A stretch of DNA of 64,000 nt from contig JBBRLJ010000008.1 of NCBI GenBank assembly GCA_038231435.1, positions 1 to 64,000 on the forward strand, in the 5' to 3' direction. The stretch is from Planctomycetota bacterium (GTDB lineage: Bacteria > Planctomycetota > UBA11346). The position numbers were made by a program, and so were the translations under genes. The notes under the pieces are model-generated. The model saw nothing but the letters and a program-made list of their open reading frames with translations. It was not told the origin of the DNA and searched no databases. Each line of letters starts with the position of its first letter. Position 1 is the first letter of the stretch. Shown here one piece after another: positions 38,999 to 50,304 of this stretch.

Positions 38999-41283
38999 GG
39001 CGTGGTTCCGGATCCCGTGGCCGGGATGAGTTCGACGGTGAGCTTGGAGAGCCGCAGGGAGCCGAGCCCTTGCCCGGGGGCGCTGTCGGCCATCAGGATG
39101 ATCTGGTCGCCGACGGCGCATGGCACCGCGGGGGAATCGCAATCCACCGCGGGCTCGCCGCCCGGCAGGGTGCGTTCGACGAGCATGTGCCCCGCCGCGT
39201 CGCGGATGCCGAACCAGAGGGCATCCTTGGCGCTGGTCTCGACGCGCAGATGCATGCGCACCGATCCCGCGACCGGACTGGTCCAGGCCATGCCGATCAT
39301 GGCCTCGCGCCGCGGCCTGAGCTCGAACCACCACGGCGCGCCGTCCTGATCGCGATGCCAGCTCGTCCAGCCGTGGATCTCGTGATAGGTGTCGTCGTGG
39401 TAGGGGGACAGATGTGCCATGAGTCCGGTGTATGGCGTCTGGTGCGCCGACAGCTGGCAGGCGGAGAATGCGCCGGCGTGGTCCATCCGGCCATAGGGTC
39501 CGTGGCGGTAGAGGTAGCTCCACACCGCCTGGCCCTGGGAATCGACGTCGGGATTGAAGCTGCAATCGCGCTTCGCGACTTCGGCGATATCCCAGACGAA
39601 GCCGGGCGCGTAGACCGGGTCCTTGCGCGTGGGATCCTTGCGCTCGCGCAGCGATGTCAGGAGCGTGCGTCCGGCCTGCCACGGATCGCTGGCGGGATCG
39701 AGCTGCGTCATCGCCGTGGCATCCAGCCAGCTGTGGCTCCAATACATCTCGAACCAGTTCGGCAGGCCGTCGTGGTCGAGATCTGCATACTCGCTGTAGC
39801 GGATCGCCGGCACCCCGGGGAAATCCGCGGACCACTGTGCGTCGTGGTCGCTCGAGAACGCGCACAGCCCGTTGTCCTCGCGGAAGGGGACGTCGGTGAT
39901 GAGTTCGGGGGCATCGACGCGCGCCACGCGCTTACCCGCCCTGGTCACTTCCGCTGAGACCTCGCCAGGTGCGATGGGGAATGACTGCACGTGCAGGCCT
40001 CGGGGCGCCGTGTAGGTGGCGCCGCGGCTGCCGACGCTGACCTCGCCCGGCGCGCGGAGCAGGGTGATGACCTCGAGGGAGCCGGGATTGTCGCGCCTGG
40101 AATGGAAGGGGAAGGCGTGCGCGCCGGGCGGATACTTCCTATAGGCCACGATGACCAGGTCCTGTTCGGGCACTGGTTCGGTTCCGGTCTTCCACCAGCG
40201 CGCGTAGTGGGCGTTGATTTCTAGGATGCCATAGTTGCCGTCGAGGTTCGGTGCGAGGATGGTGTTCTCGCCGTAATCGTTCCAGGTCACGAACTGCATG
40301 AGCGTCGAGGTGCTCGCGATCGCCTGGCGCCAGCACTCCTGCAGTTTCCGCGTGCCCTCGGTGGGCTCCATGGATCCCAGCACGTTGTCATACTGGTACC
40401 ACATGGGCTGGCTCCACTCCGCGCCGGCGGCGATCGCCTGCGCGGCGACCAGATCGCCGCGGCCCCCGGGGAAGTCGCTGTCGAGGAATCCCCCCAGGGC
40501 GGAGAAATTCTTCGCCATGAACGCGACGTAATCGAGGAAGGGCGCGGGCGTCTGTGGCGCGCAGTGGTGCGCGTAGTGCGAGAGGCAGTAGTGGAAGTAT
40601 AGCGGCGTTCCCACGCGCCGCTCGACCTCGCGGTAAGCGTCGGCGGTCTTTCGCCATTTGTCCGGTCCCTCGGGCATCGCCTTCATCGCCTGGTCCTGGA
40701 GGATGGCGTACGACGAGTAGCCGAAGATGAGTGGCTTGCCCGCGCGGCGCGCGAGGTTCGGACTCTGGCCGTGCTTGGAGACCAGATACGACACGGCGTC
40801 GGCGACAGCGACGGTGTTGTCGCCGGGATGCTCGGCGTTCGCTGGCAGGCACGAGCAGTCGATGCAGATGGTTATGGAGAACGGCAGGTGGCCGGCCTCG
40901 GCGGCGGCGAACAGCGCGTCGAGCGTGGCCTTGGCCTGGAGGTCGCCTGCCCACGCATCGATGGCGAAGCCATCGACTCCGCCGCGGATGGCGCGACGGA
41001 TCTCGAGCTCGGCGCTCGCTACCGGACTCAGCTCGAGATCGTCGGGCATCAGCGGCCAGGCGTGGATCCGGCCGCCGAGCTGCGAGGCCTGATCGAGTGC
41101 ATCGTGGCGCAAGCCGCGCTGCTCCTTGCGCAGCGCTGGCAGCGCGCCGTACCCGATCGGGAAGCAGCCCATGTAGTGGGCGAAGAGCTGGCGGGGGAGC
41201 GGCTTCGTTCCCGTGGGGACGGCAGGGTCGGCTGCGGCGAGCGCGCACGCGCACAGCATGAGCAGGGCGGTCCTCAGATGCAT
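38995..41283 (-). CDS. Secreted GH71-like alpha-1,3-glucanase
   Basis: Signal peptide; FAHYMG, GVDGFAID, FVTWNDYGE; DLDHDGLPNWFE Ca-binding-like motif. Confidence 0.75.
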   Translation of the reverse strand: MHLRTALLMLCACALAAADPAVPTGTKPLPRQLFAHYMGCFPIGYGALPALRKEQRGLRHDALDQASQLGGRIHAWPLMPDDLELSPVASAELEIRRAIRGGVDGFAIDAWAGDLQAKATLDALFAAAEAGHLPFSITICIDCSCLPANAEHPGDNTVAVADAVSYLVSKHGQSPNLARRAGKPLIFGYSSYAILQDQAMKAMPEGPDKWRKTADAYREVERRVGTPLYFHYCLSHYAHHCAPQTPAPFLDYVAFMAKNFSALGGFLDSDFPGGRGDLVAAQAIAAGAEWSQPMWYQYDNVLGSMEPTEGTRKLQECWRQAIASTSTLMQFVTWNDYGENTILAPNLDGNYGILEINAHYARWWKTGTEPVPEQDLVIVAYRKYPPGAHAFPFHSRRDNPGSLEVITLLRAPGEVSVGSRGATYTAPRGLHVQSFPIAPGEVSAEVTRAGKRVARVDAPELITDVPFREDNGLCAFSSDHDAQWSADFPGVPAIRYSEYADLDHDGLPNWFEMYWSHSWLDATAMTQLDPASDPWQAGRTLLTSLRERKDPTRKDPVYAPGFVWDIAEVAKRDCSFNPDVDSQGQAVWSYLYRHGPYGRMDHAGAFSACQLSAHQTPYTGLMAHLSPYHDDTYHEIHGWTSWHRDQDGAPWWFELRPRREAMIGMAWTSPVAGSVRMHLRVETSAKDALWFGIRDAAGHMLVERTLPGGEPAVDCDSPAVPCAVGDQIILMADSAPGQGLGSLRLSKLTVELIPATGSGTTP

Positions 41284-41294
41284 GGCGGCCTCCT

Positions 41295-41924
41295 TCACAT
41301 GTTCGTCCACGGCTGGAACATCGACGCGGGCCTGGCCTGGATCTGCGGGCTGGTGATCGCCTCGACGTGGCCGTCGAGGAACGACATCACCGTGCGACCG
41401 CGGTGCCAATACCCGAGCTCGAGGTAGGAATCCCAGGCCCACGCGCCATCGGCGCCGCCGAACACCGAGAGGCCACGGGTGCACGACCACATACCGATCT
41501 CGCTGGGATTCTTGAACGAGTTGTCGTGATATTGGACGGGGGCGCCGAAGAGGTAACCGAGCGCGTAATGGTAGCCGACGGTCAGGTCGAGCACCGGCGA
41601 GGTCGGCCTGATGTTCGAGCAGTTGCAGATGTCGCCGAAACGGCGCGCGCCACGCTCCCAGTACTCCAGCTTCTCCATGACCTGCGCCAGCGGCGCGCCC
41701 TGCGGATCCGGTGAAGGCAGCAGCCCTTCGTACTCGTGCACGTACACCAGGGTGGCGAGGGTGAGCTGCCGCTTGAGGTTCCTGCAGCTCGTCTCCATTG
41801 CCGCCGCGCGCACCATGGAGATCGCGGGCAGCAGCAGGCTGGCCAGGATGGCGATGATCGAGATCACCACCAGCAGCTCGATCAGGGTGAAGGCGCTCCG
41901 GTGGTCGATGATGCGACTGCTCAT
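41295..41924 (-). CDS. Prepilin-type N-terminal methylation protein with H-X9-DG C-terminal motif (DUF1559-like)
   Basis: [40 protein letters not shown]. Confidence 0.88.
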   Translation of the reverse strand: MSSRIIDHRSAFTLIELLVVISIIAILASLLLPAISMVRAAAMETSCRNLKRQLTLATLVYVHEYEGLLPSPDPQGAPLAQVMEKLEYWERGARRFGDICNCSNIRPTSPVLDLTVGYHYALGYLFGAPVQYHDNSFKNPSEIGMWSCTRGLSVFGGADGAWAWDSYLELGYWHRGRTVMSFLDGHVEAITSPQIQARPASMFQPWTNM

Positions 41925-43870
41925 GCGTGCGCTCCTTCCATCAGGGAGGGTGACCGGTGCGGCTGGGATCGTGGATGCGGTGACGGAGGGATCCGCCACG
42001 AGTCCTCTCCGGGCCGCCGGATCGAGCCTTCGTCGGCGTCGAGATCGATGTCGATGGCCGTGCCATCGGCGTAGGCGAGCGAGAATCGACGGCCGTCGTG
42101 GTCGACATACGACGCGAACTGCTGCACGTGGATCCCTGCGAGGCGATCGAAGGCGATCTCGTGAGGCAGGGCGATCTCGGCGATGGCGCGGAGGTACTCG
42201 GTTCCCGGCCCGAGCTCGCGCATCGCGATCTCCATGCCCGGCCGCGCGCCGCAGGCGAGCTGGGTCAGCAAGGCGTGGTGATGGCTGATCGGCTGTTCGG
42301 CTGTTCCGGTGTCCCAGGCGCCCTGATAGAGGACCAGGCCATGCACGGCGATGTTGTAGAACGGGATGATCCGGTTTACCGCCCGCGCGTAGATCGGGTC
42401 GAGCCGATCACGCAGCTGGCGGAATTCCCGCGCGCCGTGCAGATGCGCGACTTCGTCGACGAATGGCAGGGTGTAGGCCGGGCCGCCCTCGCACGACACT
42501 GCCCCGAACAGGGCGCGCGGGTACTGCAGCAGCCGGGTCAGGGACATCGCGAACTGCCGCTCATCGGCTGGATGGCGATGGTCGTGGCAACGCCACAAGC
42601 CGGTGGCCTGCGCATCGAGATAGTACGATCCGGTGAAACCCAGCTCCTGGAGACGCGTGACATCGCCGGCGTAGCGATCGAGATAGACCGTCGGGCAGGC
42701 TTTCAGGGTCTGTCCGCCAGCCCATAGGCCGGATGCCAGCAGCAGTCCGTGCTCGTCGCGCGCCGCTCCTTCAAGATCGAAGGCGGGAGAATTCTGGTAG
42801 ATGTCGGTGAGATTGTCGTGGGGAACCACCTGGTAGCCGAGTTCGCGGCATGCCGAAATGAGCGAGCGCAGGCCAGCCTCGCCGCCGAACGCGGGCTCGA
42901 TCGGAAAGCGCTGCGGCCAGGCGCCGTCGTGGCCGCCGGGATTCCAGCCGACCAACGTGACCACCGCCTTGGCGATTCCGGCAGCATGCATGGCGCGCAC
43001 CATGTGCTCGGACTCGGCGAAGGTGGCGCAGGAGACGAGCGGCGATGCGCCGTCCTGCCGGTACGGGGCCTTGTGGCCGTGGAAGATCTTCACGCGCATG
43101 GCGCGAGCCGAATAGTCCAGCACCGGATTGTCGGCGATGCGATCGGCCAGCGGCACGATGCCGCGGCGCTCGAGCAGGTATTCGCGGTACGCGAAAGCCG
43201 CTCGCGCATAACCGGCGCCGGCGATGCGCCGCAGCAGCAGCCGCTTGGTCTCCTGCGGCAGGACCTCGCCGACGTCATGGCGGATCGCGAAGGTCGCCCA
43301 GATCGCGCTAGTGCCAGCGCCATCGAGATCGGCCTCGATCCAGGCGTTGAAATCGCCTTCATCGACGATGCCGAGCACCGAGCCCGCCGAGGAGAGCGAG
43401 ACGAAGCAGTTCATCAGCGTGAACTTTTCCCACTCCTCTTGCGCCATGTACACGCGGTCGCGGATCCGAGCCGCCGGCTGGCCGGCGTGCGCCACCAGCG
43501 CGCCGGAAAAAGACGGCATCACGAAGTGCCCGCCTGCGCGCGAGTCCTGCTCCAGAAGCCGCGGCGCGAGCGACACGTCCATCAGTCGGGCCCCCGCTCC
43601 GCGCGTCTCGAGGATCTCGCCCGCCGGAATCGATATGGACAGGTACGGCCCATCCTCGGCGATCACCACCGGTACATGGGCGCCCATGGTCGCGCTGTGC
43701 ATCATCACCCGCAGCCGCGTCGCGCCGAGATGGTACGAGATCGGGGCGAAGTCGCCGATCGACTGCCGACGGCGCTCCGTGCGGCTCCACTGCGTGGCGG
43801 TGAGCAGGGAGCGCAGGTCGAGCGTGAAACCGGCGGCGACCAGACTCGCGCGATCGCGATCGAGTTTCAT
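41921..43870 (-). CDS. DUF5696-like TIM-barrel putative glycoside hydrolase
   Basis: GWNPGGHDG...P, GGEAGL, HDNLTD, YYLD; ATGA-coupled on both sides. Confidence 0.55.
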   Translation of the reverse strand: MKLDRDRASLVAAGFTLDLRSLLTATQWSRTERRRQSIGDFAPISYHLGATRLRVMMHSATMGAHVPVVIAEDGPYLSISIPAGEILETRGAGARLMDVSLAPRLLEQDSRAGGHFVMPSFSGALVAHAGQPAARIRDRVYMAQEEWEKFTLMNCFVSLSSAGSVLGIVDEGDFNAWIEADLDGAGTSAIWATFAIRHDVGEVLPQETKRLLLRRIAGAGYARAAFAYREYLLERRGIVPLADRIADNPVLDYSARAMRVKIFHGHKAPYRQDGASPLVSCATFAESEHMVRAMHAAGIAKAVVTLVGWNPGGHDGAWPQRFPIEPAFGGEAGLRSLISACRELGYQVVPHDNLTDIYQNSPAFDLEGAARDEHGLLLASGLWAGGQTLKACPTVYLDRYAGDVTRLQELGFTGSYYLDAQATGLWRCHDHRHPADERQFAMSLTRLLQYPRALFGAVSCEGGPAYTLPFVDEVAHLHGAREFRQLRDRLDPIYARAVNRIIPFYNIAVHGLVLYQGAWDTGTAEQPISHHHALLTQLACGARPGMEIAMRELGPGTEYLRAIAEIALPHEIAFDRLAGIHVQQFASYVDHDGRRFSLAYADGTAIDIDLDADEGSIRRPGEDSWRIPPSPHPRSQPHRSPSLMEGAHA

Positions 43871-44913
43871 GCGCTCTCCCCGCAGCTGCGCCCGGGGATC
43901 ACCCGCGTGCGGATCGTCGTGAGGGTGGGCGCGATGCCATCGACGCGGGCCTGGATCTCCTGGATCACCGAGTCCGCGACCTCGTCGGGATCGATCTCCA
44001 GCCGCGTCAGGGGCAGGTGGCAGAAGATGTCGATGCCTTTGTTGGCGTGGGTGATCAGTGCCACGTCCTCGCCGATGCGTTTGCCGCGCTGGAGCAAGGC
44101 ATGGATAACCCCGCGCGTCTGGCTGTCGCAGAGCGAGGCGATCGCATCGGGACATCCAGCGGGATCATCGATCAGCGCCAGCGCGACCGCGTGGCCATCG
44201 ACTTCCTTCGCTTCGCACTGGAACATGCGCAGGCGCACCGGACCCAGGCTCATGCCGGTCCCCAGCGAGGTGGCCAGCGCCTGGCCCATTTCGGCGTTGA
44301 GTTCGGAGTGGTTGTGGATCACCGCCACATCCCGGCGGCCGAGGCGGAACAGGTAGGTCAGGGCCTGTTCGAGCAGGTGACGGTTGTCGAAGGAGAATTC
44401 GCAGCAGGTATGGGGAACCGGGCACTGGCGCTCGAGCCAGTCGCGGACCAGATCGTTGGAGCAGAACTCGATGATCGCCTGCACCTTGCCCTCGGCCGCG
44501 CTGGTCTGCAGGGAATGGAAGGCGCGATCGGCCACCGACTCCTCGGTGGTGATGAAATGCTGGTGCGCCCAACCGGCCTTGACCAGGCGCTTGGTGATGC
44601 GATCGGATAACACGTTGAAGAAGGCACGGTCGATGCGCGCGAAGTTGTTGTCGCCGAAGACGATCGCCGCCGTCCGGCCCTTCACCCCCGGTCTGACGAA
44701 GGTCCCCGCTCCGCGCCGCCTTTCGACCAGGCCCCGCCGTGTCAGCTGAGTCAGGGCGGTCTGGATGGTCTCCGGATTGACCTGGAACTCCTCGGCCAAC
44801 TCGGTGGTGGACGGGAGCCGGGTTCCCGCGGGTAGGGTGCCGTCGAATATCTTCGACTCAAACTGTTGGCAAATCTGAACATATATTGGCGATGAACGCG
44901 TGAACATGGGCAT
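43867..44913 (-). CDS. GntR-family regulator with LacI-like ligand-binding domain
   Basis: PIYVQI...RLPSTTELAEEFQV...RRGAGTFV; PLTRLE. Confidence 0.88.
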   Translation of the reverse strand: MPMFTRSSPIYVQICQQFESKIFDGTLPAGTRLPSTTELAEEFQVNPETIQTALTQLTRRGLVERRRGAGTFVRPGVKGRTAAIVFGDNNFARIDRAFFNVLSDRITKRLVKAGWAHQHFITTEESVADRAFHSLQTSAAEGKVQAIIEFCSNDLVRDWLERQCPVPHTCCEFSFDNRHLLEQALTYLFRLGRRDVAVIHNHSELNAEMGQALATSLGTGMSLGPVRLRMFQCEAKEVDGHAVALALIDDPAGCPDAIASLCDSQTRGVIHALLQRGKRIGEDVALITHANKGIDIFCHLPLTRLEIDPDEVADSVIQEIQARVDGIAPTLTTIRTRVIPGRSCGESA

Positions 44914-44952
44914 GGGAGCGGCTCGCTATGGGGCTTAATCGGTATATCCATA

Positions 44953-44976
44953 TTGACCAGTATAATTAGGAGTCAA
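44953..44976. promoter_or_regulatory. AT-rich promoter/operator region upstream of the GntR operon
   Basis: TTGAC-N14-GTCAA inverted repeat enclosing TATAAT. Confidence 0.45.
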
Positions 44977-45350
44977 GCAGCGGTCCGACTCCAATGTCGA
45001 GGGATTCATCGGTCGTCTGAACCGCCAACGCCCATGCACCTCACAAAAGGAAATGCGGCTCATGCCGTCCTTCGAGATCGGGATGTGGTGGGTATCCTTC
45101 GACCCGCCACTACCCCTGGTGTCTCCTCGAGAGCCACTCCGGAATATTCGATACAGGGGCTGCTATCTCCGCGCGATTTGCTGAGGTATCCTTTCCGGAA
45201 TAGCGAGGCATCGCGTACCGACCACATGTCCGACTCCGTTACCAATACCAACGCCATGCCCGAACCACGATCTGCTCCGGATCCGAGTGATCGGATTGCT
45301 CGCGCTTTCTGGCGCGATCGCCGAGTTCAGGCGTTCGAGGACGGACGGCC

Positions 45351-46643
45351 ATGACTTCCATCCCCAGCACCGGCGATGCAGGTGACCGGCATCCCACCGT
45401 GCGTTTGGAGGGACGCGCTCGCGGCACGCGAACCGACGCGAAGCGTCCTCCAGAAGTACCAACCGATCCTTCCGACCCGGCGTATGCCGACCAGATCGAG
45501 TCGTGGATGGATTCGCTGGTGGGCGAGAATTCCGAAGCGGCAGACGCCACCGCGATCGCTCCTGCCGACAGCCCTGATGCGTCGCCGCCCGCGGCGATCA
45601 TTCCCCCCGCGACGGCTCTCCAGATTCCGGCGCCCGTGCACCCACGCCGGCCATGGATGCTCGCGGCGATCGCACTCGCGGGTGTGACGCTGGTGGGCAT
45701 CGCGGTCCAGGGGGGATTCCTGCGCCGCTCCGGCCCGGCGGTCGGTCGCGTCGTGGCCTCGACCACCATCCTCCGCGCGTCGGCGGACGGCGTGCTCGTC
45801 GCGCTGCCGCTCGCCGAGGGCGACGAGGTGGCGGAGGGAGCGATCGTGGCGCGGATCGATCCCGCGGTAGAGGAACGATCGTTTGCCGCGGCCCGGTCCC
45901 GGTTGGCGGATGCTCAGGCGAGCGCCGAGCGCGCGCGGCAGGACCTGGCCGCCGCCGAGCGCGACGCCACGGCCGAGCAGGCCACGGTCGCCCGCGCGCT
46001 GGATGCCGCAGATGTCCGCTGCCGCGAGGCGCTCCTGCGCTTCGGGCACATCGCGCGCCTGCATGAGCAGAAGCAGTCGAGCGATGCGACATTCGAGTTC
46101 ACGCGCGACCTCGTGCAGAAGGAGAAGGCCGCGCGTACCCAGGCCCAGGCTGCGGTCGAGGCGCTGCCCGCGAAGCAGAAGGCCGCGCTTGAGACGCTAC
46201 GGGATGCGATCCGCGAGAGCGATGCGCGCGTGGAGGCGGATGCGCGCGCCGTGGATCTCGGTCTCGCGCGCCTCGCCGCCACCGCCGTCAAGGCCCCGAT
46301 CGCGGGCGTGGTGGGCTCGCATCGCGCGGCCATCGGATCGAGGGTGTCCTCTGCCGAGGGCGGGACGCCGCTGCTGACGCTGCTCGACCGGGCGCATCCG
46401 CTTGTCGAGGCGACGCTCGATCCCGAGATCGCCGCGACGCTCGCGATCGGTTCGCCCGCGAGCGTCGAATCCGACGCGGCACCAGGATCGCCGATCAGAG
46501 CCACCATCCAAAGCATCGATCCATCGGGCGACGTGCGGCTCGAGCTCGCTCCCCAAGCATCGCCACCGCAACTGGTGATCGGCATGCGCGTACGCGTGAC
46601 GTTCGCGGCCCAGGCAGTCGGAGCGGGCGCGGCCGGGCGCTGA
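45351..46643 (+). CDS. HlyD/membrane-fusion (periplasmic adaptor) protein
   Basis: TM, lipoyl half-motifs (EGDEVAEGAIVARID; VKAPIAGVV), long helical hairpin, IGMRVRV. Confidence 0.8.
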   Translation: MTSIPSTGDAGDRHPTVRLEGRARGTRTDAKRPPEVPTDPSDPAYADQIESWMDSLVGENSEAADATAIAPADSPDASPPAAIIPPATALQIPAPVHPRRPWMLAAIALAGVTLVGIAVQGGFLRRSGPAVGRVVASTTILRASADGVLVALPLAEGDEVAEGAIVARIDPAVEERSFAAARSRLADAQASAERARQDLAAAERDATAEQATVARALDAADVRCREALLRFGHIARLHEQKQSSDATFEFTRDLVQKEKAARTQAQAAVEALPAKQKAALETLRDAIRESDARVEADARAVDLGLARLAATAVKAPIAGVVGSHRAAIGSRVSSAEGGTPLLTLLDRAHPLVEATLDPEIAATLAIGSPASVESDAAPGSPIRATIQSIDPSGDVRLELAPQASPPQLVIGMRVRVTFAAQAVGAGAAGR

Positions 46644-46874
46644 GCCTGGGGATGGTCGGGTCTTTGATGTCGAGATGCGCTGCACGTGCCCACGTCAACC
46701 ATGCCTGACATCATGCGAGATCCCCGCGTGGTGGAGAAAGTCGCCAGCGAGCTGAACGCTAGGCGCGCCTGACATCCTCTCGCGCTAGCAGGCGAACATG
46801 GCGCGGCTCGACAGCGGGCGGGAAGCGTCATCATGTCGCGACCTCCCTCGCACACCTGTTCCGAAGGCATCACC

Positions 46875-48782
46875 ATGCGCCTCGCCCCGCCGTTCACCGA
46901 CCACGCCGTCCTGCAGCGCGACCTGCCCATCCCCGTGTGGGGCACCGCGGCGCCCATGGAGGCAGTCACGGTGACGCTGGCGGGACAGACCGCGCGCGTC
47001 GTATCCGGTCCCGACGGCACCTGGCTTGTCCGCATGCCGGCGCTGCCCGCGGGCGGGCCGCATCGGCTGGCGGCCAGCTCGGCTTCTGGTGAGGCCAAAG
47101 CCGACGATGTGCTCGTCGGCGAGGTGTGGATCTGCTCGGGGCAGTCGAACATGGAATGGAAGTTGTCGGAAACCCATCAGGTCGGGCGCGCCGAGGACAA
47201 CGCGTTGCCGAACGTACGCCTGCTCACGGTGCAGACGCCCGCGCGGCTCGGCCGCCAGTCGGCGATCGACGCCGCCTGGACGCCGGCGAACCACGCCACG
47301 CTCGCCGGGTTCTCGGCGGTGGGCGGCTGGTTCGGTCGCACGCTCCACCGCGAGCTCGGCGTCCCCGTCGGCCTGATCTGCAACGCCTGGGGCGGCACGC
47401 GCATCCAGGCGTGGATCAGCCGCGAGGCTTTGGCGCGCGATCGCGACGGCCGTGATGAGGTGCGCCACTATGAAGGCCACGTCTTCGCTCCCGACCGCAC
47501 GGTGGTCGGCGAATTCGCGACGGTCGCGCAGTGGGAGGCCAATCTCCCCAGTCTCGACACCGGCAATGCGGGACTGGCACGCGGTTGGGCGCGCGGCGAT
47601 TTCGCCGACCAGGCGTGGCGGACCATGCCCATGCCCAGCCGTTGGCAGGACCACGGCCATCCCGGCAGCGGGGTGTTCTGGTTCCGACGCACGGTTGCCG
47701 TGCCGGCGGCGTGGGCGGGCCGCGCGCTCGAGCTGCACCTCGGCGCCATCGACAAGCACGATGACACCTACGTGGGCGGCGAACGTGTTGGTGGCATGTC
47801 GTGGGAGCAGGGGGCCGACACCTGGCGCACGCCGCGCGTCTATCCCGTGCCCGCGAAGCTGATGGGAAGCGACAGCAAGCTGTGCATCGCGGTTCGCGCG
47901 CGTTCACACGCCTTCCATGGTGGCATGATCGGTCCGCAGACCGAGATGCGCGTGCATCCCGCGGGTCAGCCCGAGGCCGCGATCGACCTGTCGGGAACCT
48001 GGCGCTACGAGATCGAGCAGGACTGGGGCATGCAATCGCCGCCCACCATGATGTGGGGCGACGGCAATCCCAATTCGCCGTACATCCTCTTCGACAGCCG
48101 TCTCTCGCCGCTCATCCCGTACGCGATCCGCGGCGCGATCTGGTACCAGGGCGAGAGCAACGCGCACGAGGCCACGCTCTACCGCCGCATGCAGCCGCTG
48201 ATGATCGACGACTGGCGCCGCGCCTGGGGCCAGGGTGCGTTCACCTTCCTGCAGGTGCAGTTGGCGAATTTCCGTCTCGCCGGTGACGGCACGGCGCGCA
48301 GCGACTGGGCCGAGCTGCGCGACGCGCAGTTCGCCACCTTGGCCGAACCCGCGACCGGCATGGCGGTGGCGATCGACGTGGGCGACGCCGACGACATCCA
48401 TCCGCGCGACAAGCGCACCGTCGGCGAACGCCTGGCGCGCTGGGCCCTGGCCGAGACCTACGGCCGCGGCGGCCCGCCATCGGGACCGCTGTTCACCGAC
48501 ATGACCGTCGAGGCCGGCGGCCGCGCGCGCTGCCGTTTCCGCCACGCCGCTGGCCTGCGTACCCTGGACGGCAAGCCGCCCAGCCACGTGGCCATCGCCG
48601 GCATCGACAAGGTGTTCGTGCGCGCGCAGGCGGCGATCGACGGCGACACCCTGGTCGCCTGGAGCCCAGCGGTGCCGCGACCCGCGTCCGTGCGCTACGC
48701 CTGGGCCGACAACCCGGTCGGCTGCAACCTGGTCAACGCCGCCGCGCTGCCGGCGTCGCCGTTCCGCAGCGACTCGTGGTGA
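46875..48782 (+). CDS. Sialate O-acetylesterase family protein with inserted sugar-binding domain
   Basis: GEVWICSGQSNM, WYQGESN, DIHPRDK, VRYAW, PASPFRSD. Confidence 0.92.
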   Translation: MRLAPPFTDHAVLQRDLPIPVWGTAAPMEAVTVTLAGQTARVVSGPDGTWLVRMPALPAGGPHRLAASSASGEAKADDVLVGEVWICSGQSNMEWKLSETHQVGRAEDNALPNVRLLTVQTPARLGRQSAIDAAWTPANHATLAGFSAVGGWFGRTLHRELGVPVGLICNAWGGTRIQAWISREALARDRDGRDEVRHYEGHVFAPDRTVVGEFATVAQWEANLPSLDTGNAGLARGWARGDFADQAWRTMPMPSRWQDHGHPGSGVFWFRRTVAVPAAWAGRALELHLGAIDKHDDTYVGGERVGGMSWEQGADTWRTPRVYPVPAKLMGSDSKLCIAVRARSHAFHGGMIGPQTEMRVHPAGQPEAAIDLSGTWRYEIEQDWGMQSPPTMMWGDGNPNSPYILFDSRLSPLIPYAIRGAIWYQGESNAHEATLYRRMQPLMIDDWRRAWGQGAFTFLQVQLANFRLAGDGTARSDWAELRDAQFATLAEPATGMAVAIDVGDADDIHPRDKRTVGERLARWALAETYGRGGPPSGPLFTDMTVEAGGRARCRFRHAAGLRTLDGKPPSHVAIAGIDKVFVRAQAAIDGDTLVAWSPAVPRPASVRYAWADNPVGCNLVNAAALPASPFRSDSW

Positions 48783-48826
48783 TACGAGCGTGCCCGCAGT
48801 GATGAACGATGCGGCGCGACTCGGGC

Positions 48827-48855
48827 CCGTGATACATTCCTCAAGTATATCACGG
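48827..48855. promoter_or_regulatory. Inverted repeat upstream of the GH16 gene
   Basis: CCGTGATACA-N9-TATATCACGG. Confidence 0.4.
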
Positions 48856-48960
48856 TAAAAACCCCGCCAAAACATCAACCGCGTCTGTCACCAGGCTAGA
48901 GTGCCGGCATTATCCCTCCAGCCACCGCCGGCGTCTCGGCGACACTCCAGGAACACCAGC

Positions 48961-50259
48961 ATGCGCTCTCTGACCATCGCCAGCTTCCTCATCGGTGCCC
49001 CGCTACTGCTGTGCGCGGCCGATCCCGCGCCGGTCGCCGAGGCCAAGCCGGCCGATCCGTATGCCGACTTCACCTATGAGAAGAGCAACAACGACGGCAA
49101 GGGTTGGGTGCGCACCATCGCGGTCAAGACGCCCGCCTGCCGCGCCGACGTGAAGGGCAAGGTCCAGGTCGAGTTCACCGCTCCCGGGCTAACCGTGGCG
49201 AAGGCCACCTGCTGGCAGCAGCCGAACGCCAAGAATCCGGCTCCGTTCGGCCACGATGTCGACGTGGTCACGGATCTGAAGCTCGATGCGGACGGCCACG
49301 GGACGTTCGAGTTCCCCGCCGACGATTTCCCCAACGGTCCGACCATACTCCGGATCTACGCTCATGACGCGGCGACCAAGAAGCGCGATCTGTTCGAGCT
49401 GCAGCTCTACAACCAGGGCGGCGCGGTGTGGAAGCAGGGCATTCCCAAGACCGATCCGCCGGCGGCCAAGGGCATGAAGCTGGTGTTCGCTGACGACTTC
49501 GACAAGGACCTCTCGATCTCGAAGGACGGGCAAGGGGCCACCTACTGCTCGCACAAGCCGCCCAATGGCGATTTCAGCGCTTGGCCGTTCTCGGACTTCG
49601 AAGGCGACATGAATCCATTCAGCCGAGTCGGCACCTTCCTGAAGATCCACGCCGCGAAGCGCTCCGATGGCAAGACCTCGTCTGGGCTGATCTCCTCGGC
49701 GCGTATGGACGGCACCGGGATCTTCGCCACCGCGCCGTATTATTTCGAGTGCCGCTTCGTCGCGCATTCGGCGCCCGGGACTTGGCCGGCCTTCTGGCTG
49801 CTCAACCAGGGCACGATCAAGAAGGGCATGAAGTGCGACGAACTCGACGTCATCGAGGCCTACGGCGGCCTCGGCGCGCAGACCCCGAACAACGATCATT
49901 ACACGCTGTGCACGCACTTCTGGGGCCAGAACGGTCCGGACGGCAAGCCGCTGATGGGCGGAGCCCAGGCCAAGGACGTGCGCACCCAGGATCTCCCCGG
50001 CAAGGCGTATTGGACGAGCACCTTCCACATCTACGGCGTGCAGGTCACCGCCACCGATACCATCTACTATTGCGACGACACCGAGGTCTTCCGCCATCCG
50101 TCGGGCACCATCTCCTCGACGGACGCGTACTTCTTCCTGATCAACTTGGCGGTCGGCGGCGCGTGGCCGGCGGATCTGGCGCGCTACGGCGACGCCACCG
50201 ACATGTTCGTCGACTACGTGCGCGTGTACCAGGGCGAGCAGAGCCCACCGAAGAAGTGA
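48961..50259 (+). CDS. Secreted GH16 family glycoside hydrolase
   Basis: LVFADDF, GTWPAFWLL, ELDVIE (ExDxxE), FHIYG, INLAVGG, VDYVRVYQ. Confidence 0.88.
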   Translation: MRSLTIASFLIGAPLLLCAADPAPVAEAKPADPYADFTYEKSNNDGKGWVRTIAVKTPACRADVKGKVQVEFTAPGLTVAKATCWQQPNAKNPAPFGHDVDVVTDLKLDADGHGTFEFPADDFPNGPTILRIYAHDAATKKRDLFELQLYNQGGAVWKQGIPKTDPPAAKGMKLVFADDFDKDLSISKDGQGATYCSHKPPNGDFSAWPFSDFEGDMNPFSRVGTFLKIHAAKRSDGKTSSGLISSARMDGTGIFATAPYYFECRFVAHSAPGTWPAFWLLNQGTIKKGMKCDELDVIEAYGGLGAQTPNNDHYTLCTHFWGQNGPDGKPLMGGAQAKDVRTQDLPGKAYWTSTFHIYGVQVTATDTIYYCDDTEVFRHPSGTISSTDAYFFLINLAVGGAWPADLARYGDATDMFVDYVRVYQGEQSPPKK

Positions 50260-50304
50260 CGCGGTGGTGTCGGGCGACATCGCCTCGACAAACGCGTCAC
50301 CCAC

